The notes beneath the pieces were generated by a model, which saw only the letters and a program-made list of their open reading frames with translations, searched no databases and had not been told where the DNA came from. From Nageia nagi (lineage: Eukaryota; Plantae; Pinophyta), in the NCBI GenBank assembly GCA_050084985.1, contig JBITNC010000002.1, positions 21,328,001-21,392,000 on the forward strand: a stretch of DNA of 64,000 nt, in the 5' to 3' direction. The translations under genes and the position numbers were made by a program. This document shows positions 26,437-40,231 of this stretch, in pieces; the first letter of the stretch is position 1; each line of letters starts with the position of its first letter.

Positions 26437-28520
26437 AATGAAACTTCAACCATACCTAAATGTAGATGTAAGGAAGATGTTAAACATTAAATCTACACTC
26501 TAAAAACTCTTTTTCTTCCTTTTTAGGTTGATGTAGGTGAGATTATCCCTTGGTATAAATAATGAAAGGGTGTCTAGAAGGAAATGCATAGGGTTTAATT
26601 ATGGAATAGGCAAACTTCATAGCTCCATCCAAAATAAGGATTTAGTCTAAAATGCATGCACTAGGCTTCACAGAGTAAAGGAATATTGAAGCACCAAAAA
26701 TAGAGGTATTACAACATTTCAAGAATCTAACTTTGCTAGAGAAGCATTAAAGAAAGAGGGAAACAATGGCATAATAGAATTTCATTAATCATGACTTGGC
26801 ATTTAGTCCTTTCAATTTTTTCTTAGCAAATTATTTTGGTCGATTTGCACATAGATTTAAACAAGATCTCCCTATTCCCATGGCTCTCAAGATGGTTGAA
26901 GCACTAGCAAGAAAATACAAAAAGATTTAGTGATTCATAGCTCATATACCAAGCTTACATTGGTATAAAAAGGGACATGTCATGTTCTCACCCATGATTA
27001 TACCTTCAACAATTTATTTTTTAAATAAATGACTCCCTCCATTCTGGACTCTAACATTTAATATGGACAAAATATACCATGTAGTCACATTCAATAATAA
27101 CTTTTTTATTTTATAAATAATTCCATTTTAATATTAACATTTACCTCAAACAAATAAGCACATGGTAGAGTACTATCTTGGTTAATATAAGATTTTAATG
27201 TTACACCTGTGACTACCATTCAAAACAAAATAAGTAATTTAAAATAACTTGTTTACCCCTTCTACAATCACATCTAGACAAAGTATACCTTATATTTACA
27301 TGTAAGGGTATCATACCATTACTATGTATTTCAAATGGTACAAAATAATGTAATATCTAAATAACTAAGAACATTATTATTATTATCATAAGAAATTCAT
27401 CCTTAAAAAAATTTCAAATAAAACTCAAAATTTATACTAGGCATTTTAGTACTAGTGAGTAAAATGTTAGAAAAGCACTTCGAAAAATGGAAGATATTCC
27501 TTTCTTCATAGGTCTCCAAAATTTTGTAAGAGGAGAAAGGTGTGTATGAAAAATTATTCTTTTTCTAAGGGTTCTCCTAGGTATTTATAACCAATGATTA
27601 GTATAATCCATCCAAAAATTTAACTATTTATCCACCTTACATTTTTGTTCATGAGGGATAGGGGAATTAATTATTTGTGGTACAATTTTAACAATTTTAT
27701 TTATAGTCCCAAATCTTACAAAATATTTTGTACACCTCATATTAGGCACCAAAATGTATGGAAAAGGTTTTTCAATAATTTTACACACCTAACATAAAAT
27801 ACCAAAATCTGTGGAGATGGTTCCTCCATTATTTTTGCAAAATACCAAAATAGCCTTTCAACTACCATAAAATACCAAAATAGTCCCTCATACCTAAATT
27901 TTATTTTCACCTAACCCTAGAATTTATTATTTATAAAAACTAAAATTCATTGGTAAAAATTTGAATTCTAATATCTAGAATATTCCTTGTAACATTCAAA
28001 CATAGTTAATTAATTTTTCAAGGTAATTTAAGAATGCACATCAAGTTTTTTTTTTAGCACATAAGTTTACCTACAAAGATCACTTATCCTACAAGGTAAA
28101 TTTTGTTAGTGTATTCACTAACATTATACACATCATAGGAATCAAATATCATGCATAATAATTATGATATGTAGCTATATGATTTATGAAGATCCCTATG
28201 GGATATCAATGAATCAACATCAATCATTTCCTCGCTCATACCAATTCATTCCCTAACTAACTCATCTTGGTTTCCTAGGATCTCCAACCTAATTCTCATG
28301 TTAATTCAATTTGTAACCTATATCATAACAATCTTGAAGCCAACATCAATTCAATACAAATATTGCATATAACTATTCATTATTAATCTCATGATCTTAA
28401 TCACATTCAAATTTTTTGAAGGTATTTGAGTTATAATAAAATTAGGTGGGTCATTAAAAAAACTTTTAAGGCTTTCAAAATTGTAGGTGTAATAGGGTCA
28501 TTACATAGTCCCCCCTTAGG

Positions 28521-31500
28521 AACAACATAGTCCTTTGTGTTTTCTTTCTTTTTAGTTTATCTAATTACTTGAAAATACACATCATGTAATTATATAATGA
28601 ATCAAATTCTTACACCAAATTCAACATTATCAAGGGATATTAATACAATCCAACTTGAGTCTGTGTCAATGGCCAATTGACCCTCGAGTGGGTTAGGTTG
28701 ATCAACTACCAGAATTGGTCAACCCCTTCTTTTTTGGTGTTCATCATCATAATCCTTCATGGATTAGGTTGGATATATTATTGTGATCCCACCATTTATA
28801 TCTACTAACCAATCAATTATATATGCTCATATGATCACTATGTTAGGTTTTGGTTTCACCTTAGGGTCCATATCACCCAAGTTGGTGGTAATCCAAAATC
28901 AGATCATAAAATATGTATGAGCATATCATCCACAAAATTATGGGTAGAGTGTATCGTCTCTAGAACAACCATCATTTCTAGTTATTAATCCATGGAAAAA
29001 AAATGATTGCAACCTATATTCTCACCTAATATAGTGCAAATTTATTAGTTATTACCCCTTCTCTTAAGGTAAGATGACTAACCTACTCATATCTATCGGT
29101 TAGTATCCCCAGTGGTTTGAGCTCTCATGCCCATATCTTGGGAACTCAAATATATTTAGGAAGTAACAACTTCCTTACAATGGTGTTTTATTTCAAATAT
29201 TCATTATATAATAAACATAATATCATCATTTTTGATGAACTTCATTCCAAATAAACATAACAAATGTATGAATTAGTCATAAAAATTGCATCTAATATAT
29301 CAATCATAATAGATCCTCATCCGATCTTTCAAAAAATATATTTTATCAATAGATAAATTTTTATTGTTATTAATTAAACCATCATATTTCAAAAGTTTAT
29401 TTAATATCCACCTCACCCTTATACATGTGAGGTTTAAACAATATCATGGTTTTGTATATGTTAGGTATTATATTTTTTATCTAACAGGCATAAAATTGGG
29501 TCAATAACCCTTACTTTATCCTAAGATCAATTAAAAATATTGATTCATACCCTTTTTTCTTAGTAATTAGGTTCAAATCAAAGAAAATCATTAGTAATAA
29601 TTATATAAAGAGTTCTCTTTTTAAGGAAAGTATTGACTAACAAAAAATGTTAATTGTAACATCACATCTTTATTATCAGTTAAACCCTTTAATAATGTAT
29701 TCATCATTAAGGGATTTATTTGTGTTTGTACTTAGCATTGAAAGTCTAATGTTACCTAAACTTTCATCATTAGGGTTTATCAACATATCCTAGGATATGT
29801 TTATCCCAAACTAAGCTAGAATTTTTTCATACTCTAGAGTTTTCTCTTTCTAAAAATTGATCTCCCTAAGGGAAGTGTTAATACTTATTAATTATTTTTA
29901 TTGAATAGTTTGAACTTATTCCTAAATTTACTATTCTCAAACAAGAGACCCTTCATTTTCTATTGCCAACTGATTTTGCTCAATCATTAATATGATATTT
30001 TCTTAATTCAGAGTATCTCTTTGAATCCTAAGAGATTCTCTTTATTCTCCTTCAATAATCAATTATTGGTGTAAGAAAGCATTTTCTATATCAAACAATA
30101 TTTTTCTTGCTAAAATTTCTTAGTAACACATTCTTATAAGGTTTTCACTCACATGTAGTACTATTAGATTCACTATTGATTTATTATCATCTTTCCCACT
30201 AAACATTTACAGCTCAAACTAGAAAGGCAAATAAGCAAACATTAATTTTATGAATTTTCCCTATTTTCACACATACTTAATCATATTTTTAAAGTACATA
30301 AAATAAACATTCAAAAGAAGTATTCATCATAAGTTAATCATTTATTTAATAGTTCAAGAAAATGGGGGCTTTCTCTCATTTGGTCCTCCATTTGAGGTTC
30401 ATCTTCCTTGTCACCCTTATCATTTAGTGACTTCAATAAATCTAGAGAGACCCTAATACCATTTTTAAATAACAATTTTTCATACCTTCAGGCCTATTTC
30501 CTCCATTTTTATGTTTCCTATAAGGAGGCACTAAGGTGTGCAAATGCCTATTCTTGCACACCTTGTATTTGTTCAATCAACTTTCGCTCCTAGTCAATGA
30601 GGTCAATCATCAACTTATTTTGCTCTAAAGATATGAAATTCCAAATTCTTTCACATTCTTCTCTTTCTCTTCAAAGATTCCCCATTAGTTCTTCTGCATT
30701 GTCAATTTTTTTCATAAAAACTCATTCTCCAAGATAGCCTACACCTTTTCCATTATTCATTATTAGTTATTTGACATAATTTTATACAAGTGGGATAATC
30801 TTAATAAGTTTGAATAATTATGTAAGATGTTGTACCATACATGCAAACTTAAATTACAATATCATATTGTACCTTTTTCATCCACAACATTCCTTAATAG
30901 TATCTTTAGTATCTTATTAGATGCTTCTTCGAGGGTATGAATACTATCTCGCCATAATTTCCTTAAAGATATTTTAGTGTTTGTATATTTTTGACCACTC
31001 ATAAGAATGCTTTCATACATCTCCTTGCAGTTATTATCCATCCTTATCTTGATAGGTAATAAATTTATAGTTAGATTTTATGTTCTATTGATGCATTTTC
31101 TAGCAAAGCATGGTGATTCAAAGAAGAAATCCTCTTGTAGCACATCTTATCACTCTTCCTAATGGAATATAGGAAAATATTATCTTTAATGGGTTACACA
31201 CTTTCTTTTCATATTGTTCCTTAGAGGTAATGGATTGCCTTATTCATCAGGATTTAGTTATTATTTCTCTATATCCTACAAATAATTTTGGCTATTGCAT
31301 TATCACTTCACTTGAAATTGATGAGCATTTATGCTTCTTTATTAGGTTATTTTCCTATCCTAAATTAAATTGGAGAGTTATTCTCCATATCCCCTACAAT
31401 CCATTCTTGGTGTGGCTTATAGCATATACGGGTCCCTTCTCAATTTATCATGGGGAAAGTTCAAGACCCCTTGCTATTTTATGGATTCTTTGGTAATAAT

Positions 31501-33144
31501 ATCTACCTTGGTAGACTACCTACTCGCATTATTTCTAGGTGATAAGGAAATTGAATTCTTTCCCTTCTATTTTCATCATTCTATCACTTTCAAGCTATAT
31601 CTTGAAATTTGATAGCTTTTATTCTATATCCTCCTACATATAGTTCATCTGATAAGGCTTCAAAATCCTTTGATTTTGATTTATCTGTTAATAAATTTTA
31701 TCATGCAGATTCAAAATTATCTAACTAGGATTATTATTCATCAAGGTTTTTGGTAAAAATAAAAATTCCAATCAACAATAATGTATTCATAAGAATCCCT
31801 CTTTGGGGTGAAGTCCTAATAGTATATAAGCTATCCACTTAGATTGTTACTAGAACTTCTACTTAATAAATAAAGTTACATCAATCTTTATAATCTATAA
31901 GATTTCAATTATATTCATAAAATAGATCTAGTACATAAAGGATGAACATTACATTATGGAAGGATTTAGTTTTATTTAATACATATATAAATCCTACTTT
32001 TCCATTCATTCTTAATTACTAGCTGGATTTTCTTCCTCTTTGATAATTTCTTCAGGTTCTTCATCTAATATCTAAATCTTGTTGCTCATTTTACGAAGAT
32101 AGTTGATGATTTTAGGAGTGATGGTAGGCACATTCTTGCCACAAAAAGAGATGAAAATCCCTTTTTACACTTGGTTTGTTGATTTTCTCATTATTTTCTT
32201 TAGCTTGAATGGTTACTTCTTGTGACTTTTTCTTCCCTTTTTCTTTTAGTAGATCTAGAAAGTTTTGAAGGGTTTTATCATCTCCCAAATCTACAAAGTT
32301 GTTAGTGGCTTCCTCTTTTATCTTCTTTTGATATTTATTTCCCTTTCATGATCTCTTTCTTCTTACCATACTGCAATAGACTAAACATACATTTAAGATA
32401 CATTCCAAATCCTTGAGTTATATTGCCATACTCAAAGTGAAATGAGAATTTTATTGAAATCATTTTACATTACATAACATAGTAAAGCATTTACTTGGGT
32501 CTATTCCATTATATATTCAATCCTTTTGATGAAACATAGTTCTTACATATGTGCATTAGCACCCATTGTATTCAACACTTTTTTCACCATCTATAAATTT
32601 ATTTTATGATTTGGCCTAATAGTAAGTGGTCATGTGATCTAAATTGAATTTTCTTCTATAGGAAGGAGAATTACACTTTTGAAATTTACAATTTCTTCAA
32701 GTACACTTTCTCCATCCGATTCATCATGGAGAGTTCTTGTTTCACCTATAATTTCTTTCCCAAAGATAACTTCTTCTGTACATCTATTTTATTTAACAAG
32801 GGGTCTTAAATCCTAATTTATGTTAGCTAGATATTTATTTCTCCTATAGATCTAGTTTTTATTTTGTTCTCTTAGGGAAAGATGTCTCTCTCTAGTTATT
32901 TTGGATAGTTCTTGGTATCTAATCCTTTTCAAATGAGCTATATACCTTTCAAGCCTCAGAGTATCATTTATTGAAGTATCCCATAATTTATAAAATAAAA
33001 TTTCATCTTCAATACTAGATACAATATCAGGTCTGATTGCTTACCAATCCATCTCAATGTTTCTAGAGTTTCCTATAAAACAAGAGATAATAAGTTAGGA
33101 CTATTTGCTATACACTACTTTACCCTAGTTCATAATCGACACTT
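28521..33144 (-). other. Internal domain of the LARD-like element with decayed, unidentified coding-like sequence
   Basis: The minus strand is purine-rich with E/K-rich frames broken by stops (~29700-33070). No recognisable gag, PR, RT, RH or INT motif. Confidence 0.45.
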
Positions 33145-33156
33145 ACTCTAATATCA
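33145..33156 (-). promoter_or_regulatory. Primer-binding site, tRNA-iMet type (decayed)
   Basis: Minus strand TGATATTAGAGT equals TGGTATCAGAGC with three transitions, 1 bp from the LTR end. Confidence 0.75.
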
Positions 33157-35067
33157 ATATAATGCTACCCCACTATAATAAACCTTATAATTTCATACCT
33201 ATTTTTTTTATAAATAACTCCTATGTAAGATTCATTATCCATGAAACTTATATCCCACATTACCAATACATTTTAATTTCTCATAATATATCTAGATCTC
33301 ATTATCCCCAATGAAGTACTAGGGAAAAATTACCATGCAAGCCCATTTCTTTGGCATGTGATTTCCCATGATGATCATGCACTAGTTTTACTTGAGTAGT
33401 ATTTGTTTTTGATCTTATTTCAACCTTCATTTCAAAGTACACCATTTCAGATTTCAAAGTAATTTTTCAATATATAATCTTTGGCTAGGTTTGATAGCTC
33501 ATTAATTCTCTTACTTACCCAATCCATTAATCCCATGATTTCTATTGGATCCCATGTTATCTTTTATAAAGGATTTGACTAAGTTTTATTTTCCATGTGA
33601 ATGTATTAGGTCCATATTCAAGCCTTATTCTTAACCAAAGTATTTTATGATCCCTTAATTCTTACTTTGAATTGTAAACTTACCAATAGATTTGATTACT
33701 TAAACCCTAACAATTCTTTTGAGTGTGAGCTATTTATCACAACATCTTTGTTACATCAAAAATTATGTAGGTAATTAATACTTTTGTTGCTTGTAATATT
33801 AAGGATGTTTATATATTTGAACACAAGCCCATTATTTCAATGGTCTAGTGAATCCTTAAATATTCTCTAAGATAATTTTCCTTTACCATCAAACTATCCA
33901 TATAACAACATTGAGTACATTAGGATTCTTGCATTATAGTTTTATTCAAAAACATAAACATTGGATGGAATAAATCATCTTTATTATAACTTGTCATGGA
34001 CATATTGGCTACTCACCTTGATACCCTTTTGGTACTTAAATACATTTTATTCTCTTATGCCCTAACTTACATCATCAAAGTATCAAAATTATGAGATGAA
34101 TAGTAATCTGCCATTTATTTCATAACATTACATATGACACATTAATTGCATAGTTTACATCGAAGAAGCATTATTACATGGGAGGTATTTGTTTCATCTT
34201 CATTCGATGCATCTTCATACCATCCTCTTTTTGCTCGATCATCTCAAGGTTCCAAGAGTGGTTGGTCATAAGTACTAAAAAAGGTTTTCAACAAATTGAT
34301 GATCAAGATAGCTCTTCTTATGAACATAATGCATCCTACCCTAAATGCAAAATATCTCATCCATACATTCCTTTTCTTTCAATCAATTTCATACAACAAT
34401 CAACTAAGTTATACTTTATTTTGTGATGTTGGTAGGTTTTATGCTTTCTCTAAAGTTACCTCCTTTCCTTGATCATGAAGTAATATTTTACTATTCATAA
34501 TGTCATACCTCAAGTGCAAGACCAATTCAAAGAAATACGACTATCAACGAATCATTACCTAAATAAGTTCAGTAAAATTCTCACAATTATTTCATTTATA
34601 GATGCCTTATAAACATTTATTAATATTTTCCTAACTTAAAAACAAATATCGTTTTACTATTTTCTTGATAATTTTACAACCATCCATTGTAAATAATTAT
34701 ATCAAAGAAATAATATTCTTAACTTGAAAGAGAATCATTTATTACATTAATTCATATTTTACGTTACCTTTCTCCATACTATAAAAGTCATAAATTTATG
34801 TTTATTTACAAAATAATAAAATGACCGTGATTTAGTTCTCTAATAATTGTAAAGCTATAAAGCTCTATTAAATCATAATACGTGTAATTTTTATAGAGTC
34901 TGATTTCCATAATGAAGTAGCATTGGAGGACCTCGAACTCATTTATCCCTCCTATTTTCAAACCTCGAATGAATCACCTTAGCAGGCTAGAGGGATTCAA
35001 TCACGTATCATTGGACTATAATGCACTATAGGATATGCACAAAATGGATATGTTGGAAGGGCCTATG

Positions 35068-35486
35068 TGTTAGAAACGATGACAACAACTCATCCGTGAA
35101 TAGGATTTTAGATCCTATAAACTAGGATTGGTTGTAACTATTGGAAATGATGACAATAACTCATTCATGAATAGGATTTTAGATCCTACAAACCAGGATT
35201 GGTTGTAACCAATGCAACCAAGTTAGAATATGGGTGAGATCATAATTAATGATCAGTTTCTAATATATTGCTATAAATTTGTATGCCCATTGAGGTTGTG
35301 AGAGGGTCAGAGAGGAGTGAGTCCTGACTGTAATCTCCATTAGCTAAATAATAAGATAATCGATACCTATGCTTGGTAGACATAGCCCAACATTTGGGTG
35401 AACCACATAAATTACTGTGTTTTTTGTTTGCATTGGTATAGATTGTTTTATGGTAATTTGTGTTTTTGCACTTGCAAATTACAATA
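35068..35486 (+). repeat. Copia 5' LTR with an internal 2 x ~70 bp duplication
   Basis: TGTTAG...ACAATA, with ACAACTCAT.C.TGAATAGGATTTTAGATCCTA.AAAC.AGGATTGGTTGTAAC present twice. Confidence 0.97.
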
Positions 35487-35799
35487 AGTGGTATCAGAGC
35501 TGAGGAAGAGCTAATGAGGATGCAAACTAGAAGAATCCACTCACTAAAGAGGCTATGTTACTAAAATCACTACTAAATTTCATGTTTTTGGCATCAACGC
35601 TTGGATATTCTTGAGAGGGAGCACCGATGCTAGAGACTAAGTTGAAGGGCATGCTGATAAATGAAATTAGCTATCTTTTGAGAGGGAACACTGAGAGGGA
35701 GCTAGCACTCACCTCAGTGACTAAAGGGAGCGCTAGCCCACTAGTTCCCTTATGCTCCATTCCTTGATTTCATGCAATGCACCCCCTATCTCATACAAG

Positions 35800-38700
35800 G
35801 AGCGCTAAAAAATTCATACGCTGAAATTGAAAAGTTTAATGGTAAGAATAATTTCAAGATCTGGAAGGTTAAGATGCATGATCTGCTTGTGCAACAAGGC
35901 ATGGTGAAGGCACTTTTGGAAAAGCAAAGCAACCCACATCCATAACAGATGAAGATTGGGATGAGATGGATGCGAGAGAATTGAGTGCCATACGCCTGTG
36001 TTTGGCCGATGATGTACTGTTCAACATTGTTACAAAGAAGATAGCTATTGGTTTGTGGTCAAAGCTAGAAAGCTTATACATGATGAAATCCTTGACAAAT
36101 AGGATCTTTCTGAAAAGACAACTGTATAGTTTGCACATGAAGGAAGGTACAAAAATTGCTGATCATCTAAATACTTTCAATACTCTTCTAGTCCAGTTGA
36201 ATAGCATGGGTGTGAAATTTGAATCTAAAGATAAGGCAATTACTTTATTATGTTCTTTGCCTCCATCATGGGATCATTTTGTTACCTCTATTAGTTTTAG
36301 TTCAACAGAAACTATTGAGTTTGATGATACTATTGGAGCTTTACTATTTGAGGAAACAAGGAAGAAATCAAATCTAGAAACCTCTACATCTGAGGCATTG
36401 GTGGTTAGAGGTAGACCAAAAGAAAGAGGATAGGGTCAAAGGGATTTCTCTTGATCAAAATCAAAGGTAGAAAGAGCAAGCTCAAGTGTTGGTTTTGTGG
36501 AAAATCTAGACACCTAAAGAAGGACTATTGGAAGTGACACCAAACCTCCAAAGAAGACCCTCAAAAGGAGACAAAGGAAGCAAATGCAACTGAAACAAGT
36601 TTAGTAATAGGTTCAAGTATAGTTGATGAAGTTTTAACAATTAATACTGGTTCACATCATAATCAACATTGGCTATTAGATTCTGGTGCTTCAAACCACA
36701 TGTGTCTTCATAGACATTGGTTTATTACTTACCAATCTATAGATGATGGAGTTGTTTACATGGGTAATAATATTTCATCTAAAGTTGTGGGTATTGGTAG
36801 CATCCAAATTAAAATGTTTGATGGAACTATTAAAACACTAACTGATGTAAGACATGTACCTAATCTTAGGAAGAACCTAATCTCTTTGGGAGTCTTAGAC
36901 AGAAGAGGCTATAAGACCATTGTTCAAGGTGGAGTTATGAAAGTCTACAAATGAATTCTACTGGTTATGAAAGTAAAGAACATTGGTAATATTTTTTTGT
37001 TAGAAGGGAGGACTGAATCAGATCATGCGATAGCGGTATCTGAGAGTGACTGTGATTCTGTTCAATTGTGGCATCAATGGTTGGGTCATATGAGCAAACA
37101 AGGATTAAAGGTATTAACTGATCGTAAGTTACTTCCTAGCCTAAAGTCTTTAAAATTAGATTTTTGCAAGCATTATGTTTATGGAAAACAAAATAGGCAG
37201 AGATTTAAAACCAAAAGACACACCAGTGAAGGAATCCTAGACTATATTCATTCTGATGTTTGGGGACCATCCCCTACTATTTCATATGGAGGATCATCAT
37301 ATTGTGTAACTTTTATAGATGATTTCTCTAGGAAGGTGTGGATCTATATGTTAAAGAGTAAGGCTGATGTATTTACAATTTTCAAGCAGTTTAGAACTTT
37401 AGTGGAAAAGAGCACTGGTAGATCTATTAAATGTTTATGAACATATAATGGTGGTGAATTTACATCAATGGAGTTTGAGAATTATTGCAAGGAATTGGGG
37501 ATCGATAGGCATAATACCACTACCTATACTCCTCAGCAAAATGGAGTTGCTGAACACATGAATAGGACTTTTCTAGAGAGAGTAAGGAGTATGCTTAGTA
37601 ACGCCAATCTACAGCAAGAACTATGGGTAGAAGCAGTAACTACAACTTATTATCTGGTGAATCGATCACCATCAACAGCAATAGAATGCAAAATTCCTAA
37701 GGAGGTATGGATAGGTCACCCTTGTAATTATTCTAATCTTAAAGTTTTTGGTTGTGATGCCTATGCTTTAATTCTAAAACATTAATGTTCTAAATTAAAT
37801 ACAAAATCAAAAATACTTATCTTTGTTGGATATGGTGATGGTATTAAGGGGTACAAATTATGGGATCCTACTGCCCACAAGATCACCATTAACAGATATG
37901 TAATATTTGATGAATCATATCTCATCAAATCAAATGAATATGTTCAAATGAAATAGCAAAAAGTACCTAAGTATCAAAGGATTCAGTTTGAAACTAGTTC
38001 AACTACAAATAAAAATGAACATGAACAAGTTCCTAAAGATGTTCATGAAGAAGTTCCTGTAGAAGAAAATGTGGATGATGATGATATTCAATAGATTGTG
38101 GATGAACCACAAACTACCCTAAGGAGGTCTACACAGGGCAAAGTTCCTCCAAGAAGGTATGATGATTTTTTTTCATCAGTTTCTTTAAGTACTAATGATG
38201 ATGAACCTTCATGCTATTAGGAAGCTATGAAGGGTTCAAATAGTGATAAATGGAAAGAAACGATGAAGGATGAAATGAAAGCATTAGAGAGGAATGCTAC
38301 ATGGGACCTGGTAGAGATTCCAAGAGATAGGAAAACTATAGATTGCAAGTGGGTCTACAAGCTGAAGAAAGGTGTTGATGATAAGGTGGAAAAGTATAAA
38401 GCAAGGCTGGTTGTGAAAGGGTATTATTAGAAAGAAGGTATTGACTTTCATGAGATTTTTTCACCAGTTGTAAAGACTATTTTAATTCAAATTATGTTAG
38501 CATTAGTTGCATTGCTTGATTTGGAGTTGGAGCAACTAGATGTTAAAACTACTTTCTTACATGGAGATTTGGATGAGGAAATTTACATGGAACAACCAGA
38601 AGGGTTCATTTAGAATTGCAACAAGAAATTTTTTTGTAGGCTCAAGAAATCATTGTATGGTCTAAGGCAATCACCCAGACAATGGTACAAGAAATTTGAC

Positions 38701-39762
38701 TCTTTCATGGTGAGCCAAAATTATACAAGGAGTGAGTATGATCATTGTGTCTATTTTAAGAAATTGAATAATGGCATATTCATTATCTTAGTATTGTATG
38801 TTGATGATATGCTTTTAGCAAGCAAAAGCATAACTGAGATCAATAGGTTAAAGGCTCAGATAGCTAGGATGTTCGACATGAAAGATCTAGGAGCAGCAAG
38901 ACAGATTTTGGGCATGGAGATATTCAGAGACAGGAGGAATGGTAAGCTTTGGTTGTCACAACAAAAGTATGTTGAGAAGATACTTTTGAGGTTTGGTATG
39001 AATGATGTGAAAACAATTTTAGTCCCTTTGGCTTCCCATTTTAAGCTTTCTTCAAGTTTATATCCTAGTACAAAAGAAGAAAAGGAATATATGTCTCGAA
39101 TAACATATGCTAATGTAGTAGGAAGTCTAATGTATGTGATGGTTAGTACAAGGCCAAACATTTCACATGTAGTTGGGGTTGTTAGTAGGTTTATGGCAAA
39201 TCTAGGTAAAGAGCATTGGGTAGCAGTGAAATGGGTGCTTTGGTATCTAAGGGGCACAAGTGATTACTGTATCACCTATAACAATGGTCATGAGTTAGTC
39301 TATGGATATGTTGATTCTAATATTGCAAGTGATCTGGACAAGAGAAGGTCAACTTCAGGGTATGTATTTACTCTTGCAGGTGGAGCTATTAGTTGGATGT
39401 CAAAGCTATAGAACATTGTTGCTTTATCCACTACAGAAGTAGAATATGTAGCTGCTTCACATGCTTGCAAAGAGGTAGTTTGGTTGAAAGGTTTATTTGG
39501 TGAGTTTGGAAGGATATAATACAAAGTAAAGTTACTTTGTGATAGTCAGAGTGCTATTCACTTGGCTAAGAATCTAACCTATCATAGTAAAATAAAACAT
39601 ATACCTATCAAGTACCATTTTGTAAGATAGGTCATCGATGAAGATGGAGTCTCTCTTGAAAAAGTGCATACAAAAGAGAACTGTGTAGACATGTTCACAA
39701 AACTAGTACTATTAGAGAAGCTACAATGGTGTGTGGCTTCTCTTGGCTTGCAGAAAAGGTGA
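35800..39762 (+). pseudogene. Copia gag-pol polyprotein (gag, CCHC, PR, INT, RT, RH) with premature stops
   Basis: EIEKFNGKNNFKIWKVKM, CWFCGKS.HLKKDYW, WLLDSGASNHM, LDYIHSDVWGP, TPQQNGVAE, QLDVKTTFLHG, LYVDDML, RRSTSGYVF and CDSQSAIHLAKN. Stops at e.g. 36431, 36952, 37438, 38428 and 39409. Confidence 0.97.
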
Positions 39763-39813
39763 TGAACAAAAGCAAGAGCAAGGTATCAGGTTAATTATTG
39801 TCAAGATGGAGAT

Positions 39814-40231
39814 TGTTAGAAACGATGATAACAACTCATCCATGAATAGGATTTTAGATCCTATAAACCAGGATTGGTTGTAACTATTGGAAATAGTGAC
39901 AACAACTCATTCATGAATAGGATTTTAGATCCTATAAACTAGGATTGGTTGTAACCAATGCAACCAAGTTAGAATATGGATGAGATCACAATTAATGATC
40001 AATTTCTAATATATTGCTATAAATTTGTATGCCCATTGCGGTTGTGAGAGGGTCAGAGAGGAGTGAGTCCTGGCTATAATCTCCATTAGCTGAATAATAA
40101 GATAACCGATACCTATGCTTGGTGGACATAGCCCAACATTTGGGTGAACCACGTAAATTGCTATGTTTTTTTTTGTATTGGTATAGATTATTTTATGATA
40201 ATTTGTGTTTTCGCACTTGCAAATTACAACA
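39814..40231 (+). repeat. Copia 3' LTR
   Basis: TGTTAG...ACAACA, followed by the TSD CTATG. Confidence 0.97.

Larger units (their letters stand above)
22375..28505 (-). repeat. 3' LTR (about 4.7 kb after removing the nested 1.4 kb solo LTR)
   Basis: Colinear with 33158-42970 over its whole length. Followed by TAGTCCCCCCTTAGG (PPT CCTAAGGGGGGACTA on the minus strand). Confidence 0.92.
35068..40231 (+). mobile_element. Full-length Ty1/copia element, Tnt1/Tork-like (5164 bp), non-functional
   Basis: LTRs 35068-35486 and 39814-40231 (~94% identical by manual count) with perfect TSD CTATG. PBS TGGTATCAGAGC at 35489-35500 and PPT CAAGATGGAGAT at 39802-39813. Confidence 0.97.

Noticed and set aside
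25705-26437. Functional PPR gene (ORFs 26180-26437 and 25789-26100)
   Set aside because: Frameshifts and stops, with no start, targeting peptide or E/DYW end. The minus-strand ORF is just the antisense of the 93 bp repeats.
35489-35500. tRNA genes
   Set aside because: Only 12-18 nt PBS complements are present; no cloverleaf was seen anywhere in the window.
38856-39524. Minus-strand ORFs 38856-39257, 39300-39524 and similar antisense ORFs
   Set aside because: These are shadow frames of copia RT/RNase H.
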